Assembly: GCA_977017575.1 (NCBI GenBank)
Contig: CDRNVI010000016.1
Span: 186,001-250,000, forward strand
From: Paramoeba atlantica
Taxonomy: Eukaryota; Protista; Discosea
DNA length: 64,000 bases
Direction: 5' to 3'
The notes beneath the pieces were generated by a model, which saw only the letters and a program-made list of their open reading frames with translations, ran no database searches and was not told the DNA's origin. The translations under genes were made by a program, and so were the position numbers. Shown piece after piece: positions 53,701 through 62,861 of this stretch; position 1 is the first letter of the stretch, and the number at the start of each line of letters is the position of its first letter.

Positions 53701-55266
53701 GTGTCCTTTTCTTGTCCCATGCTGGAGTCCTGGTTTAAGGCAGAAATTTCTCCCCAAACCAGCAATCAGACTCTAAAAAAATTCAAAGGACTCACCGTAG
53801 GCCAAAACCAGGCTCTGGCTTTTGCATCCTCTGGCCCTGAGCGTCTTGCGGCATTTGTTAGGTTTCTTAAACGGAAACTATTCAGTTTAAAGGATATGAG
53901 CGAGCTCCGTGCTGTTGGTGATGGGATTAATGCTGCCATACAAGAATTAGTGCGTGTTGATCGTGCCAATGAAGCTGTGTCTATATTGCTTCGTGTTCCA
54001 CGTACTTGTATCACTCGCGAAACTCTTGAGCGTGTAATGGGCTATTACGGCACCGCGAAGGAGGACATTATGTACTGCTGGAAATCTTCTAATCGATTTC
54101 CTCTCGAACTTCTCCTACCTTCCACTGTGTGTTGGAGTTGTTTTCGCCCCGGACATCCGCTTTTACGATGTTTGGAGTACGAAAGTAAAACCCCCGATGT
54201 TCGAATACGTCGAATATTGGAAGGTCTTCTTGAGATTAACCAACCAACAGCGACTGCAGGTGCTGTAGATTATCTGTCCGGCCTTTATATACGCTGTCGT
54301 TACATTTCTGTCATACAATCGCGGAGTATGTCCGAGTTGCTTGAGCGACTGCTTCTACAATGCCTACAACAGGGCGATGCCGTTCGGGGTTTTAAGGTAT
54401 TTCGTTTGATGGCACATTGCTCTCCATCCACTACGGGGCATTTCTGGCGTCCCTTTCAAATCTCGGCGTCGGTTATGCATCACCTTACTCCCGACAAGAC
54501 GCTACAAGAACTCAGCACCATACTGAAGCGAAATGGGGTATGTCCTATTTGCATGATTCGGGCCGACCACAACGTGGCGTGTCCCACTCTTCAAGCGGAG
54601 CAAGATCTTGGACGGAATATGCTAGCGATTTTTCGCATGGAAATGCTACTTGGGGACGAAGTGGATGCCCGCCATATCGTTCCAGGGGAGCTACCACGTC
54701 ATACTATTGTCGACCGACTGGCCAATATTGTGATTCGCTACCAAAACCATCTGCCGTATCATATTCCTCACGTACGGGTGGCTATTAACGCGATTGGTTG
54801 TCATTACTTTGTTGATAACTATGACGTGGCTCGGGGCATGACAATATTACAAGCGATTCCTATGCAATATAGAAAACCTTTACTCTATCATCGCTGTCTT
54901 CAAGCATTTGGTCTCAGCGATGCGAAAATGATTCACAATGTTCGGACTCGATTAGCACCCCACGTAGACTTGGACGAAATAGTTTTCCTAGACCCTGTCC
55001 CGGAAGATTTATTTGCACTACGTGAGACACCAAATCTTTGTCACAATTGCTGGCGTTTCGGACATGATTCCAAGTCGTGTCCAAATGCCGATGATCCTTT
55101 GTTGTGCGCTCTGCAAACCGTTACCCCGGTGCAAATATTTAATTTTCAACGCCTAATAGCAGAGGTTGATGCGGTACAGTGCGACTTTGAGACAACGCAT
55201 GGTATGCTAGTAGGGACACGATGCCCATTGATGCCGGATATCGAATCATGTGTACCTTCACGTTAG
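50716..55266 (+). CDS. Large multi-zinc-finger protein (five CCHC-type knuckles, one RanBP2-type finger, one C4 pair)
   Basis: CLTCFDLQHTWKQC, CCICLTEKHVSFSC, CWSCFRPGHPLLRC, CPICMIRADHNVAC (variant), CHNCWRFGHDSKSC; WDCVWCEESN...CSGC; CPEC...CPNC. Confidence 0.8.
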   Translation: MDTKLCVGTGSPLATLPFSWALEHSLRASAPPSPQIGLRASTHNPTSPLALSRCYAHTHPAGSVATSSPREFIRQRTSDIFRRPYDLPQPYALESLCGNLFGKLPPDVGLTLAGSHFPKMSSCPSLRELVVEGYPVLHRMELIRILLEHSMTVEASMQMSVLVDSPGFVSSVIPQEYLDALWGSITQKEIFSPSLVASWLEHMPEKWNLPAEIAVQLIIRPVVAPVTLAYRVIEKYMSGTASENPTPYHAFFLVAHNSLRTRLLSATDTVAGTQPMRSGSAIRGVLHWNLIWRVFQGMNKRIPNWALQLPEEDASALATSLLSVLLTHAPPILCLFVARKLVKLGCLGDVRSAVLMIRRLPNNSLPQSSAVVQRLCNWLLRRSSFHRNIPFDVFAVATSLIRLQLYDTLADLYNRLFEGIYSYTKDQKERVVSTFIDMVCPECANILNEKNVHIRRLCPNCFARIEEKSTEEKPSYEPTSEVIKASREKQKDTYKDRLKNLRDQQVAGAVTEIRRQDSLKFFRHELLEERTLPTTATIGSHSVSISLPADQLDVKDVDAIRQMVSRRQEIESRKIELEREIAQTGKVPQAARSKLPSEASLTPLLEIRSRKEPEKNKNALVSDSINMSDSEPYLVPTSRCAWDCVWCEESNSEAARVTCSGCGADTGPEAIWRSYKFCPRDCASEDSGSSVPSNLQELSYRLKRIETKSREEVVAAAYWLLLFRKKFLLEASEKQLHGLNNAVLALCSNTERVMAAYIFFRIIPSAVRSRDCLKPLMTLFGTNISAPLLEQEEPGSIAPTLIIGPGTCLTCFDLQHTWKQCPIITRRISNSSVSKERKTVRGIFSDSPQKLAEQNEPLKVSKPTLSSGEEIQRGIDRLLLAISRTTESTARRTFSIFLDSPGRNIFCETHPIEANVFVRHLAGRGHFKQAAYVLNHIPRHLRENESYQEVAKRYSILPDEIDPMLRYRRLGDQDANHPFFSQVFQVCCICLTEKHVSFSCPMLESWFKAEISPQTSNQTLKKFKGLTVGQNQALAFASSGPERLAAFVRFLKRKLFSLKDMSELRAVGDGINAAIQELVRVDRANEAVSILLRVPRTCITRETLERVMGYYGTAKEDIMYCWKSSNRFPLELLLPSTVCWSCFRPGHPLLRCLEYESKTPDVRIRRILEGLLEINQPTATAGAVDYLSGLYIRCRYISVIQSRSMSELLERLLLQCLQQGDAVRGFKVFRLMAHCSPSTTGHFWRPFQISASVMHHLTPDKTLQELSTILKRNGVCPICMIRADHNVACPTLQAEQDLGRNMLAIFRMEMLLGDEVDARHIVPGELPRHTIVDRLANIVIRYQNHLPYHIPHVRVAINAIGCHYFVDNYDVARGMTILQAIPMQYRKPLLYHRCLQAFGLSDAKMIHNVRTRLAPHVDLDEIVFLDPVPEDLFALRETPNLCHNCWRFGHDSKSCPNADDPLLCALQTVTPVQIFNFQRLIAEVDAVQCDFETTHGMLVGTRCPLMPDIESCVPSR

Positions 55267-55574
55267 TGAAACTTTATTTTCTTGTGTGTACATCAGTGGT
55301 AGTTGTGTGAATTGCATGGTACATGTAGTCGTGACACGTCTACTATGGTACACGCTATGAGTGGTTTTGATTTATTAAACGCAAAGCAATGAAACCTAAA
55401 GCCGGGTACACTGATTTCTTTCTTGATACACGACCCATAATTTAATTTAGTGTCGAAACCTCAATAGGAAATTGTTTTATGCGAGCGCGTCGATTAGATA
55501 CCGAATTTTGAAACCTGAAAGATTACTTGCTTTATAGTCAGTTCATTTCTTTTTTTATAGATTCATCATTCGAA

Positions 55575-55907
55575 ATGGAACCCAATATTAAGAAGGAAGC
55601 ATATCGCGTGGAGGCCTGTACCGCGGCAGCGCAGAACACATGTTTTGATCTCTGCGTTGATTATTTCAATCCCTCCACACGAATGGGAAACTCATGGAAA
55701 CGTTTTCAGCATGTTGTGATGTCCTTGCCGACAATTTGGGAAAGTGACCCGGTCCCCAATGATGCGGAGGACAATTCTTTAACTGAGGGTGAAGCACGAT
55801 GTATGGAACGATGCTCTGTGAAATATTTTCAAGCGCATCGTATACTTGAGAATATCACACAAAATACCAACTCGAAGTCTCCACTACCGCCCAGTACTAT
55901 GCTCTAA
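55575..55907 (+). CDS. Small Tim chaperone (twin CX3C, Tim10-like)
   Basis: CFDLC ... LTEGEARCMERCSVKYF; ATG at 55575. Confidence 0.75.
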   Translation: MEPNIKKEAYRVEACTAAAQNTCFDLCVDYFNPSTRMGNSWKRFQHVVMSLPTIWESDPVPNDAEDNSLTEGEARCMERCSVKYFQAHRILENITQNTNSKSPLPPSTML

Positions 55908-56211
55908 CAAGATCGACAGGAATTCATCCCTCCATAAGTCAGGTGTCAAATTTCGAAAAACAGTCAACTTCCTGTAATACGTGTTGTATGGTTTACGTGC
56001 AACCTCACCCCTGAACTAGAATTAGACGCACGTCAAGCGAGTAATCAGGTCCTCATACCTGTAAGAACATAAATAGTTTACCATCATCTACACAATCACC
56101 TATCATCTTCTTCTGCACACTGTATTCGTTTTTCTGTATTGCTAACCCTTTCTTAGAAATTTAAAATTCTACTGGACAGATTTCTTTCTACTTTTTTAGT
56201 GTTCATAAATT

Positions 56212-56745
56212 ATGATCTCATCGAACCGATTTGGTTCAGGATCCACTGCCTCAACGGAACATGGTGGACTCCCCCCTTCTCAGTTTGACAAAGTCGCGGA
56301 GAGGGACGCGAAGCCACCCTTTCCCATGCGCAACGTGTACTGTTTGACAGCCCTTCCACAGTACGCTGCTGATCCTCTCTCTCAGAATATCAGTATCGAA
56401 ATGTTATGTTGGGAACACCTTCAGCAGCAGCGTTTGAGGCGACAGTCTGGGCCTGCCTCCTCCGGGTTATTTGGCTCGGCATCTCCTGAGGCGCTCTCTC
56501 CGCTGCTACAATCGTTTTCATCGGCCAAACCTACAGGGGGTGGAGGGGCACCGGTGGGGAGTGTAGGGGGCGCTCCCTCTCTTGAGTGGCCCAATCGCCC
56601 GACCTCTGGATTCGGAACCTCACCACCCATGCAAGGTTCGACAAATACTGCGTCCGGGAGCACCCTGTTTGGTACCGCTCCTAGCGGCACGCTTGAGAAG
56701 ACATCTATTTCCTCACCCTTTAGCTCTACCGGATTTAAGTGGTAG
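56212..56745 (+). CDS. Small FG-repeat protein with GLEBS-like motif
   Basis: RFG, LFG, GFG, LFG; CLTALPQY...SIEMLCWEHLQ resembles the Nup98 GLEBS motif CITAM.EY..KS.EELR.EDY. Confidence 0.5.
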   Translation: MISSNRFGSGSTASTEHGGLPPSQFDKVAERDAKPPFPMRNVYCLTALPQYAADPLSQNISIEMLCWEHLQQQRLRRQSGPASSGLFGSASPEALSPLLQSFSSAKPTGGGGAPVGSVGGAPSLEWPNRPTSGFGTSPPMQGSTNTASGSTLFGTAPSGTLEKTSISSPFSSTGFKW

Positions 56746-57037
56746 TGTCCCCTCAACTGCAAGTATTTAATGATCGCGCCTACAACCACCATGTAGTGTA
56801 CGAAGCAGGATTATTTCATGTGAAATTTTTGTTAACGGATTGTTTTTGCTTGGAATAATCATTTCAAGTCACAATATTCGATTCAACTTAGAATATGTTG
56901 GGGCGAAAATTAGACTACGTACAAGATAAAAAAGTCCCGAAACAAGGGTGTACGGGAGAACCGTAAATAAACCATTAAGGAAACAATTTTTACAGAAGAA
57001 ATAGCCAAACCACACCTTCCTTAGATTCTAAGAACCC

Positions 57038-60000
57038 ATGTCCTGGGGAAATCCATCCGGTGCATGGGGAGGCGCCCCAAATCCAAACCCCACTCCAACC
57101 GGCTGGGGATCGACCACGAGCACAACCCCAGGGCCCACCGCTTCCCCATGGGGAAGCAGCCAACCTGCCCAACCCAGCTGGGGAGCCCCACCCACTCTGG
57201 GGGCGACCAAACCCGCCTGGGGGTCGTCCACCACCTCGAGCGCCCCCGCACCGTGGTCCGGGCTCCCCACAACGGCAACCACAACCCCCCCGGGCTCCGG
57301 ATCCCATCCCTGGGGGGGCGTCGCCCCCTCTGCTGCTGTTTCATCCGTACCCGCGCCTACGCCCTGGGGAGCCCAGCCCCCACGCGCTGCGCCCTCCCCC
57401 CCCCTCTGGGGCAGCGCCCCCACGACAGGGATCACCGCGACGCCTGCCGGTATGGGCTCGAGCCCCGGCAACGCGTGGGGGAGTGGTGGGGGCAGGAGTA
57501 GTGCTCCCCCGAGTACGGGACCCGGGGGGTGGGGGACTCAACTCGCCGGGAGTGCCCCAACCTCCGGGGCAGGCTGGGGTGGTTCGACCTCGGGAGGAGC
57601 CCCCTCGAGTGGGACACCGGCCTGGGGGACAGCCCCGGGGGCCCCCGTGAAGCCTGCTGGGGCTGGGGCTACGCCGTGGGGGAGTACGAGCACGGGGAGT
57701 AGTGGTACAGGGGGGTGGGGAGGGATGGGGGGAGGTGTGACGGGACTGGGCTCCACGACGACACAGACCTCTCCGTTTGGTACGGCCTCTGGGACACAGC
57801 CTCCTGCATGGGGAGGAGGGACTGGGGGGTTGGGAACGACGGGGAGTGGAGGTTCGGTTGCAACGGTCAGTGGATGGGGTGCGGGTCCGACCCAGCCCGC
57901 TGCGAGTAGCACGCTGAGTACCTCTGGAACCTCCTGGGGGTTGGGTGCGAAGCCAGCTACGAGTTCGTGGTCCACAACCGCGACTTCAGGAGTTCTTTCT
58001 GGAACCACACCGTTTGGCAGTTCTCAGACGACGTTGTCCAGCTCCACACCCGGGCCTTCCCTTGGTTCTTCGGCGCCATGGGCTCCCACCAAACCATCGG
58101 CTCCTTGGGGGGGCAGTGGGACGAGCGGGTCGGCGTGGCCCTCCCTGGGTGGATCTTTGCAGCCATCCGCGGTCCCTGCCGTGCCCTCGTTTGCGCCTCC
58201 CGCGAGTGCACCCACAGGGCCTGTGCTAGATCTAGTTCGTCACCCCTATGGGAACCTTCTGGAGGCTTCCGGGGAGAAGTTGCGCGCTATGAGCGAATCT
58301 AAACCTTTGGCCCACACGCAGAGCATCCCACGTTCCCTAGTGACGCGTTCTCGTTCCCAAGTACATCGGCTGCCGACACATGAAAAAGCGAAAAATCAGC
58401 ACAGTGAACGACAGCAAACGCCATTGACCTTGAGCACGGGTCATATACCCACTCTACAAATAGATGCAGAAGCATTGAGGAGATCAGCTTCCACTGTACG
58501 TGTGCGACGAAATGTTGATACTTCTTCGGAAGAAGAATTCGGAGCCGTGAAGAAACTTTCTTTACTAACCCCGCAACCAAGAGAGAACCACACGCCTGTT
58601 TGTGAACCCAACGAGCGTCCTACATGTGTGCGAGCGGGAGGATTTCCAACACTTGTGGATACGACGCATATTGGCATACTCCCAAGTCTTGATGAGCTGC
58701 AGAGTCGAACGCCGAATTCCTTAAAGGCGGTGCCCAACTTTGTTATCTATAGAAAAGACGGAAAATTGCAGGTCAACTTCTTGGAACCTGTTGACCTTAC
58801 GGGCTGCACGCTTGATGAGTGTGTACGTTTGCAAAGTAGCGGTCATGTGACTTTTCCACCCGCTTCCTCATTACAAATTCCTGCGCTAGTCCTTGTTCGT
58901 GGATTAATCGGCCTTTCACAGGATGACGTTCAAGAAAAATGCTTTCAGGATGGTAATGTATTTGTAGACTTTCTCAAGGAGAATGGCACGGACACACTAG
59001 TGTACTTAACTAATGCAGATTCCAGCTATGAAATACCTGACTTGTACAACCGCACCAATCGCTACGCCATCAACCAAGTTTTCCCGATTCAGCATGACTC
59101 GTTCCCAGGTGGTGACATTAGTTCCAAAGAGTTGCTCCCGACTGCTCTAGAATCGAATGAAGAAATCAAGAAAGCCCCAGTTTGGTCTAAAACGAGCAAA
59201 CAAACTATGAACTACGACGTGTTTCTTCCACGTAAAGAAGCTGATTCTAAAATTAGACCCTTCGATGGAGCTTCAGCTCGGGATCTCCGAGACGGATATT
59301 CGGTACTTTACAGACCACGTGCGGAGGCGGAAAACGCGATTGATCTTCACGACCACGCTTATACACCTGCAGAAAGATTGAGCATACCAGAAAATTTTAT
59401 GTCGCATGCTGATGTATCGGATTTTGCAGAAACAAATTCATCAGAAGAGCAGATTTGGCTCGAGGATATTGACTTTCGAACAATGGAGCCAGATAGAGAT
59501 TTTTCTGCCAGTATATCACATGATTTAATTCGTAATTTTAGCACAGAATCTCGAGCTCTGCTTAAAAATGTGCGCGGAAACTGGTCAAAGGAAGGTTTGC
59601 TGTGCATTCCGTCGGGTGCAATGTTGGGACGAAAACACGTTCAAGCGAGCAGCATTTACTCAATGCGCTCTATCGCCACGTCATTCGACGTCGGTGATTT
59701 GGTTACCGCTTTTTCTTACATACAGTCTTGCACGAAACCACGTGATGAATTTCCGAGCACGGCGTCGAAAAGAAATGTTTGCTTCCGTACAGAAACTACA
59801 GAGGGAAAAAACCTACTCGCATCTCTACATGCCCTGGTAACACCCAAACTGCACGACTACAAAAATTTGAGCCCGGAAATTGCGCTCAACGATTTACTTA
59901 GAGAGACAATGGAAGAGGCCATTGGATTACTTCGCTCCTGGTTCGAATTAGAAGGAAGCGTATGTATGGAAGACAAAGATTATGAGGAAACTTATAACGA

Positions 60001-61054
60001 AGGTATGCGGCGACAAAATATTCAAGATTGGTTGGGTGAGTGCGTGAAAAGAACAGCTGGAAGTCCCCGCTTCCCAGGAAAACCACTATTCAGTCTTTTG
60101 CTGAAAAGAAGAACTACAGAGGCAGTTGAGCTTTGTATTTCAATGTCAAAGCCCGAACTTGCGGCGATTCTTGCTGGGACTGGATACGGCGCCGTTAGTA
60201 ACGCCACTGATTGTGCCCGTTCATATCTGAACGAAAAGTATGAAGAATTATCCGACGATCACAAATCATGTTTAAAGCTAGCCGCTGGAGATCTCGACGA
60301 ACTTCTGGACGAATGTCAATTTCAATATAAAGAGGGAAAGGTAAGACGAAATCCACTGGGAGCAGATTGGCATCATTTGCTGGGTGCCTACATGTGGTAT
60401 TGTGCTCCCTGTTCTTGGTCTTTGCGGAAGTGTTTTTCTAGCTTTAGAGATGCCTTACGGAATTGTAAGGAACTCAAAAATGGTAGATATAATTCATTCG
60501 AGAGAGTAGTACCGCATTACGCCTTTCTAGGAGATGTCTTGAGCGATTCTGGTAACGACTTTTCAATAAAAATTGCCAAGAGCGCAATGAAACGGAAGGA
60601 TATTACGTATCTCTTGCTTCAGCATTTTTGTGAACAACAGCCCGATTTTTGGAACTATCTCTTGGTTCCTTTTTGCCACTCCCCTTATCCCTTGGATTAC
60701 TTGTTGCCTACTATCATTGTTCTAGTTCTAAGGTCCAATTCTTGTGCCCCAGATCAAGTAGCAGATTCAATACTACTACGTTGCATTACACAACTGGAGC
60801 ACCTACAAGCACATGATTGCAGTATGACATTGATGACACTTCTATGTAATGAAGAAATTCGACAAAAACAGAGCGAGGAGTATATTCTTCGTAATGCTAC
60901 TTACTTTAATAAGAGAGAAGCCGGATCGATATATGATCTTGATGTAAATAGTCACGCGCAAGCCGATACTAGCGGTGTAACAACGACCGGGGTGCAGAGT
61001 AAAACTGTGGACGTGGTCAGAGAGGTACGGAGTGCAGTACACAACCGTATGTAG
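57038..61054 (+). CDS. NUP158: Nup98-96 homologue (kinetoplastid Nup158 type)
   Basis: Ser/Thr/Gly/Pro-rich WG repeat domain; autoproteolysis-fold segment LPSLDEL...VPNFVIYRKDG...FLEPVDLTG without HFS; Nup96-like solenoid (IQDWL, LFSLL...EA...LA, DWHHLLG..MWY). Confidence 0.8.
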   Translation: MSWGNPSGAWGGAPNPNPTPTGWGSTTSTTPGPTASPWGSSQPAQPSWGAPPTLGATKPAWGSSTTSSAPAPWSGLPTTATTTPPGSGSHPWGGVAPSAAVSSVPAPTPWGAQPPRAAPSPPLWGSAPTTGITATPAGMGSSPGNAWGSGGGRSSAPPSTGPGGWGTQLAGSAPTSGAGWGGSTSGGAPSSGTPAWGTAPGAPVKPAGAGATPWGSTSTGSSGTGGWGGMGGGVTGLGSTTTQTSPFGTASGTQPPAWGGGTGGLGTTGSGGSVATVSGWGAGPTQPAASSTLSTSGTSWGLGAKPATSSWSTTATSGVLSGTTPFGSSQTTLSSSTPGPSLGSSAPWAPTKPSAPWGGSGTSGSAWPSLGGSLQPSAVPAVPSFAPPASAPTGPVLDLVRHPYGNLLEASGEKLRAMSESKPLAHTQSIPRSLVTRSRSQVHRLPTHEKAKNQHSERQQTPLTLSTGHIPTLQIDAEALRRSASTVRVRRNVDTSSEEEFGAVKKLSLLTPQPRENHTPVCEPNERPTCVRAGGFPTLVDTTHIGILPSLDELQSRTPNSLKAVPNFVIYRKDGKLQVNFLEPVDLTGCTLDECVRLQSSGHVTFPPASSLQIPALVLVRGLIGLSQDDVQEKCFQDGNVFVDFLKENGTDTLVYLTNADSSYEIPDLYNRTNRYAINQVFPIQHDSFPGGDISSKELLPTALESNEEIKKAPVWSKTSKQTMNYDVFLPRKEADSKIRPFDGASARDLRDGYSVLYRPRAEAENAIDLHDHAYTPAERLSIPENFMSHADVSDFAETNSSEEQIWLEDIDFRTMEPDRDFSASISHDLIRNFSTESRALLKNVRGNWSKEGLLCIPSGAMLGRKHVQASSIYSMRSIATSFDVGDLVTAFSYIQSCTKPRDEFPSTASKRNVCFRTETTEGKNLLASLHALVTPKLHDYKNLSPEIALNDLLRETMEEAIGLLRSWFELEGSVCMEDKDYEETYNEGMRRQNIQDWLGECVKRTAGSPRFPGKPLFSLLLKRRTTEAVELCISMSKPELAAILAGTGYGAVSNATDCARSYLNEKYEELSDDHKSCLKLAAGDLDELLDECQFQYKEGKVRRNPLGADWHHLLGAYMWYCAPCSWSLRKCFSSFRDALRNCKELKNGRYNSFERVVPHYAFLGDVLSDSGNDFSIKIAKSAMKRKDITYLLLQHFCEQQPDFWNYLLVPFCHSPYPLDYLLPTIIVLVLRSNSCAPDQVADSILLRCITQLEHLQAHDCSMTLMTLLCNEEIRQKQSEEYILRNATYFNKREAGSIYDLDVNSHAQADTSGVTTTGVQSKTVDVVREVRSAVHNRM

Positions 61055-61501
61055 TTATCAAAGTCGTCCAACAAATGACTAGTATACAATGTATCTAATG
61101 ATAATCTTATGCTCTCCGGGCACTGCATTCCGTCAAAAGTTGAACGGTAAGAGATTTAACAGTTTCCATTTTTTGTAATTTTATTGCACAGTGTGTGCCG
61201 TAAAAATGCAACCTTTCATACACATGAAGGGCATTTTTATTGTAATAGACAACTTGAACGATGCCGACCTTTGAAAACACTGAGAAAAACACGAAGAAAC
61301 ATCCAAGTCACCTAAAATGAACTATCAACGCTATTTAAATTCACCATTCCGGCCGCAATGCTTTTTGATGTAACATGTACAGCTTATTTGTTCGACGCGT
61401 CCTCGAACCTGTCTTCAGTGTTTTGTACTTAATTTCACATATTTTTTATTTGTTCCTTTTCCACAGAATTCTGCTGCACTGCATTCCGTGATCAAATTTC
61501 A

Positions 61502-62605
61502 ATGACCGCAAGGAAGAGCAACAGAGACCAAGAGACTAAAAATTCTTCTACACTCGGAGTTGGTGAAGCTCGCGCATTTGCAGAAGATTGTTTGAAGAAC
61601 GAAAAGTTTGATGAGGCCAAGAGGGCGTACGAGTACATTATTTTGCAGGAGCCTACTTGTCATGAGACAATGGAGGCCCTTGCTGATCTATTTCAGTATG
61701 AATTTGGTGATTTCAAGGAAGCGCAAAAATATTACGAGAAAGCGATACTACTGAGTCCAGAAAATGGTGCCGAGAAGTATATGAACTATGCAGAATTGCT
61801 GTGTCAAGTACCTTCCACAACTCCCATGAGAAAACAAAGGGGTTCACAACCACAACGTACCCCAGAGGCCTTATTTCAAAAAGGAATTGACCTTTGCGAA
61901 AAACTTGCTAAGGATTTGAACACCGAGAGTAGGGACAGCGCAGTCGAAGAGGCTAGAAAAGCTGTGCAGGGTGTTGTTGCGCTCATAGAGTATTTTCTTA
62001 GCAAGTGGGAAAAGAACGATGCAGCGATAGGTCTCAAGCAAAAAATACCAACACAACAGCATGGTGTGAAAATCACGAACCTTCTGGAATACGCAGAGCG
62101 TTTAGCTGAAACCTATGAGTGCTCGAGGACAGAGATTGCAAGACTTTCGGCACTGTATTGGGGGCTATGCGCTACTCCAAGTGACAGTGCCCTTGAGAAC
62201 TGTCGGCACCATAGCCTTATATTCCTGAAACATCTTCCCGAAACTATGGATATAGAACGTCCAAGCTTTGGTACAATTTTCGAGTTCGTACGAGATATTT
62301 TACTTGGCAGACTGAATATGTATGAGGAGGCATGGAATACCACACTTGATCTCAACTTGGAAGATGAACTTAATATTGATGTTTACGAGTTGCTTGCACT
62401 AATTCGTCTTCGTGCAGGATGCCCAGTTCATGCTATTGATATTATTAAGTATAGTAAGCAGATGCTGGAAGAATCTAGTGATGAACAAGGATCGGATTGT
62501 TACGTAATTGATGAAGCAACGAAGGAGTTAAAGAAAAGAGGGCTTACTTATGACTGGGTGACCAATGTGGAACTTAACCCCTTGGAGTGTCTCCGAGAAT
62601 CCTAG
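61502..62605 (+). CDS. TPR-like protein, ACL4 (Rpl4 chaperone)-like
   Basis: EALADL...GDFKEAQKYYEKAILLSPENGAEKYMNYAEL...FQKGI pattern. Confidence 0.55.
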   Translation: MTARKSNRDQETKNSSTLGVGEARAFAEDCLKNEKFDEAKRAYEYIILQEPTCHETMEALADLFQYEFGDFKEAQKYYEKAILLSPENGAEKYMNYAELLCQVPSTTPMRKQRGSQPQRTPEALFQKGIDLCEKLAKDLNTESRDSAVEEARKAVQGVVALIEYFLSKWEKNDAAIGLKQKIPTQQHGVKITNLLEYAERLAETYECSRTEIARLSALYWGLCATPSDSALENCRHHSLIFLKHLPETMDIERPSFGTIFEFVRDILLGRLNMYEEAWNTTLDLNLEDELNIDVYELLALIRLRAGCPVHAIDIIKYSKQMLEESSDEQGSDCYVIDEATKELKKRGLTYDWVTNVELNPLECLRES

Positions 62606-62861
62606 ACGAGCCCCATATTCCTTTTTGCTTTATATCAAGATTTTTTTCTTAGCCTAACGTAAGCACCATTTTTCTTTATGCTAGGATCATTTGCAGAAAT
62701 GTTTTGCAGTTCTAGTATTGTTTTAGTGTTGCAGACTTAGCGCAATTTACGTTTTGTAGTTTTAAAAATTATTGATGGCACCGCAGCGCCATCTCGTACT
62801 GCAGAAGCAATTTTACTTTGAAACATATTTTACTACCATTTTCATACGATCAGCGTTATCA

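Noticed and set aside
56990-58302. Multiple overlapping ORFs around the Nup158 5' end
   Set aside because: Same GC-island shadow effect.
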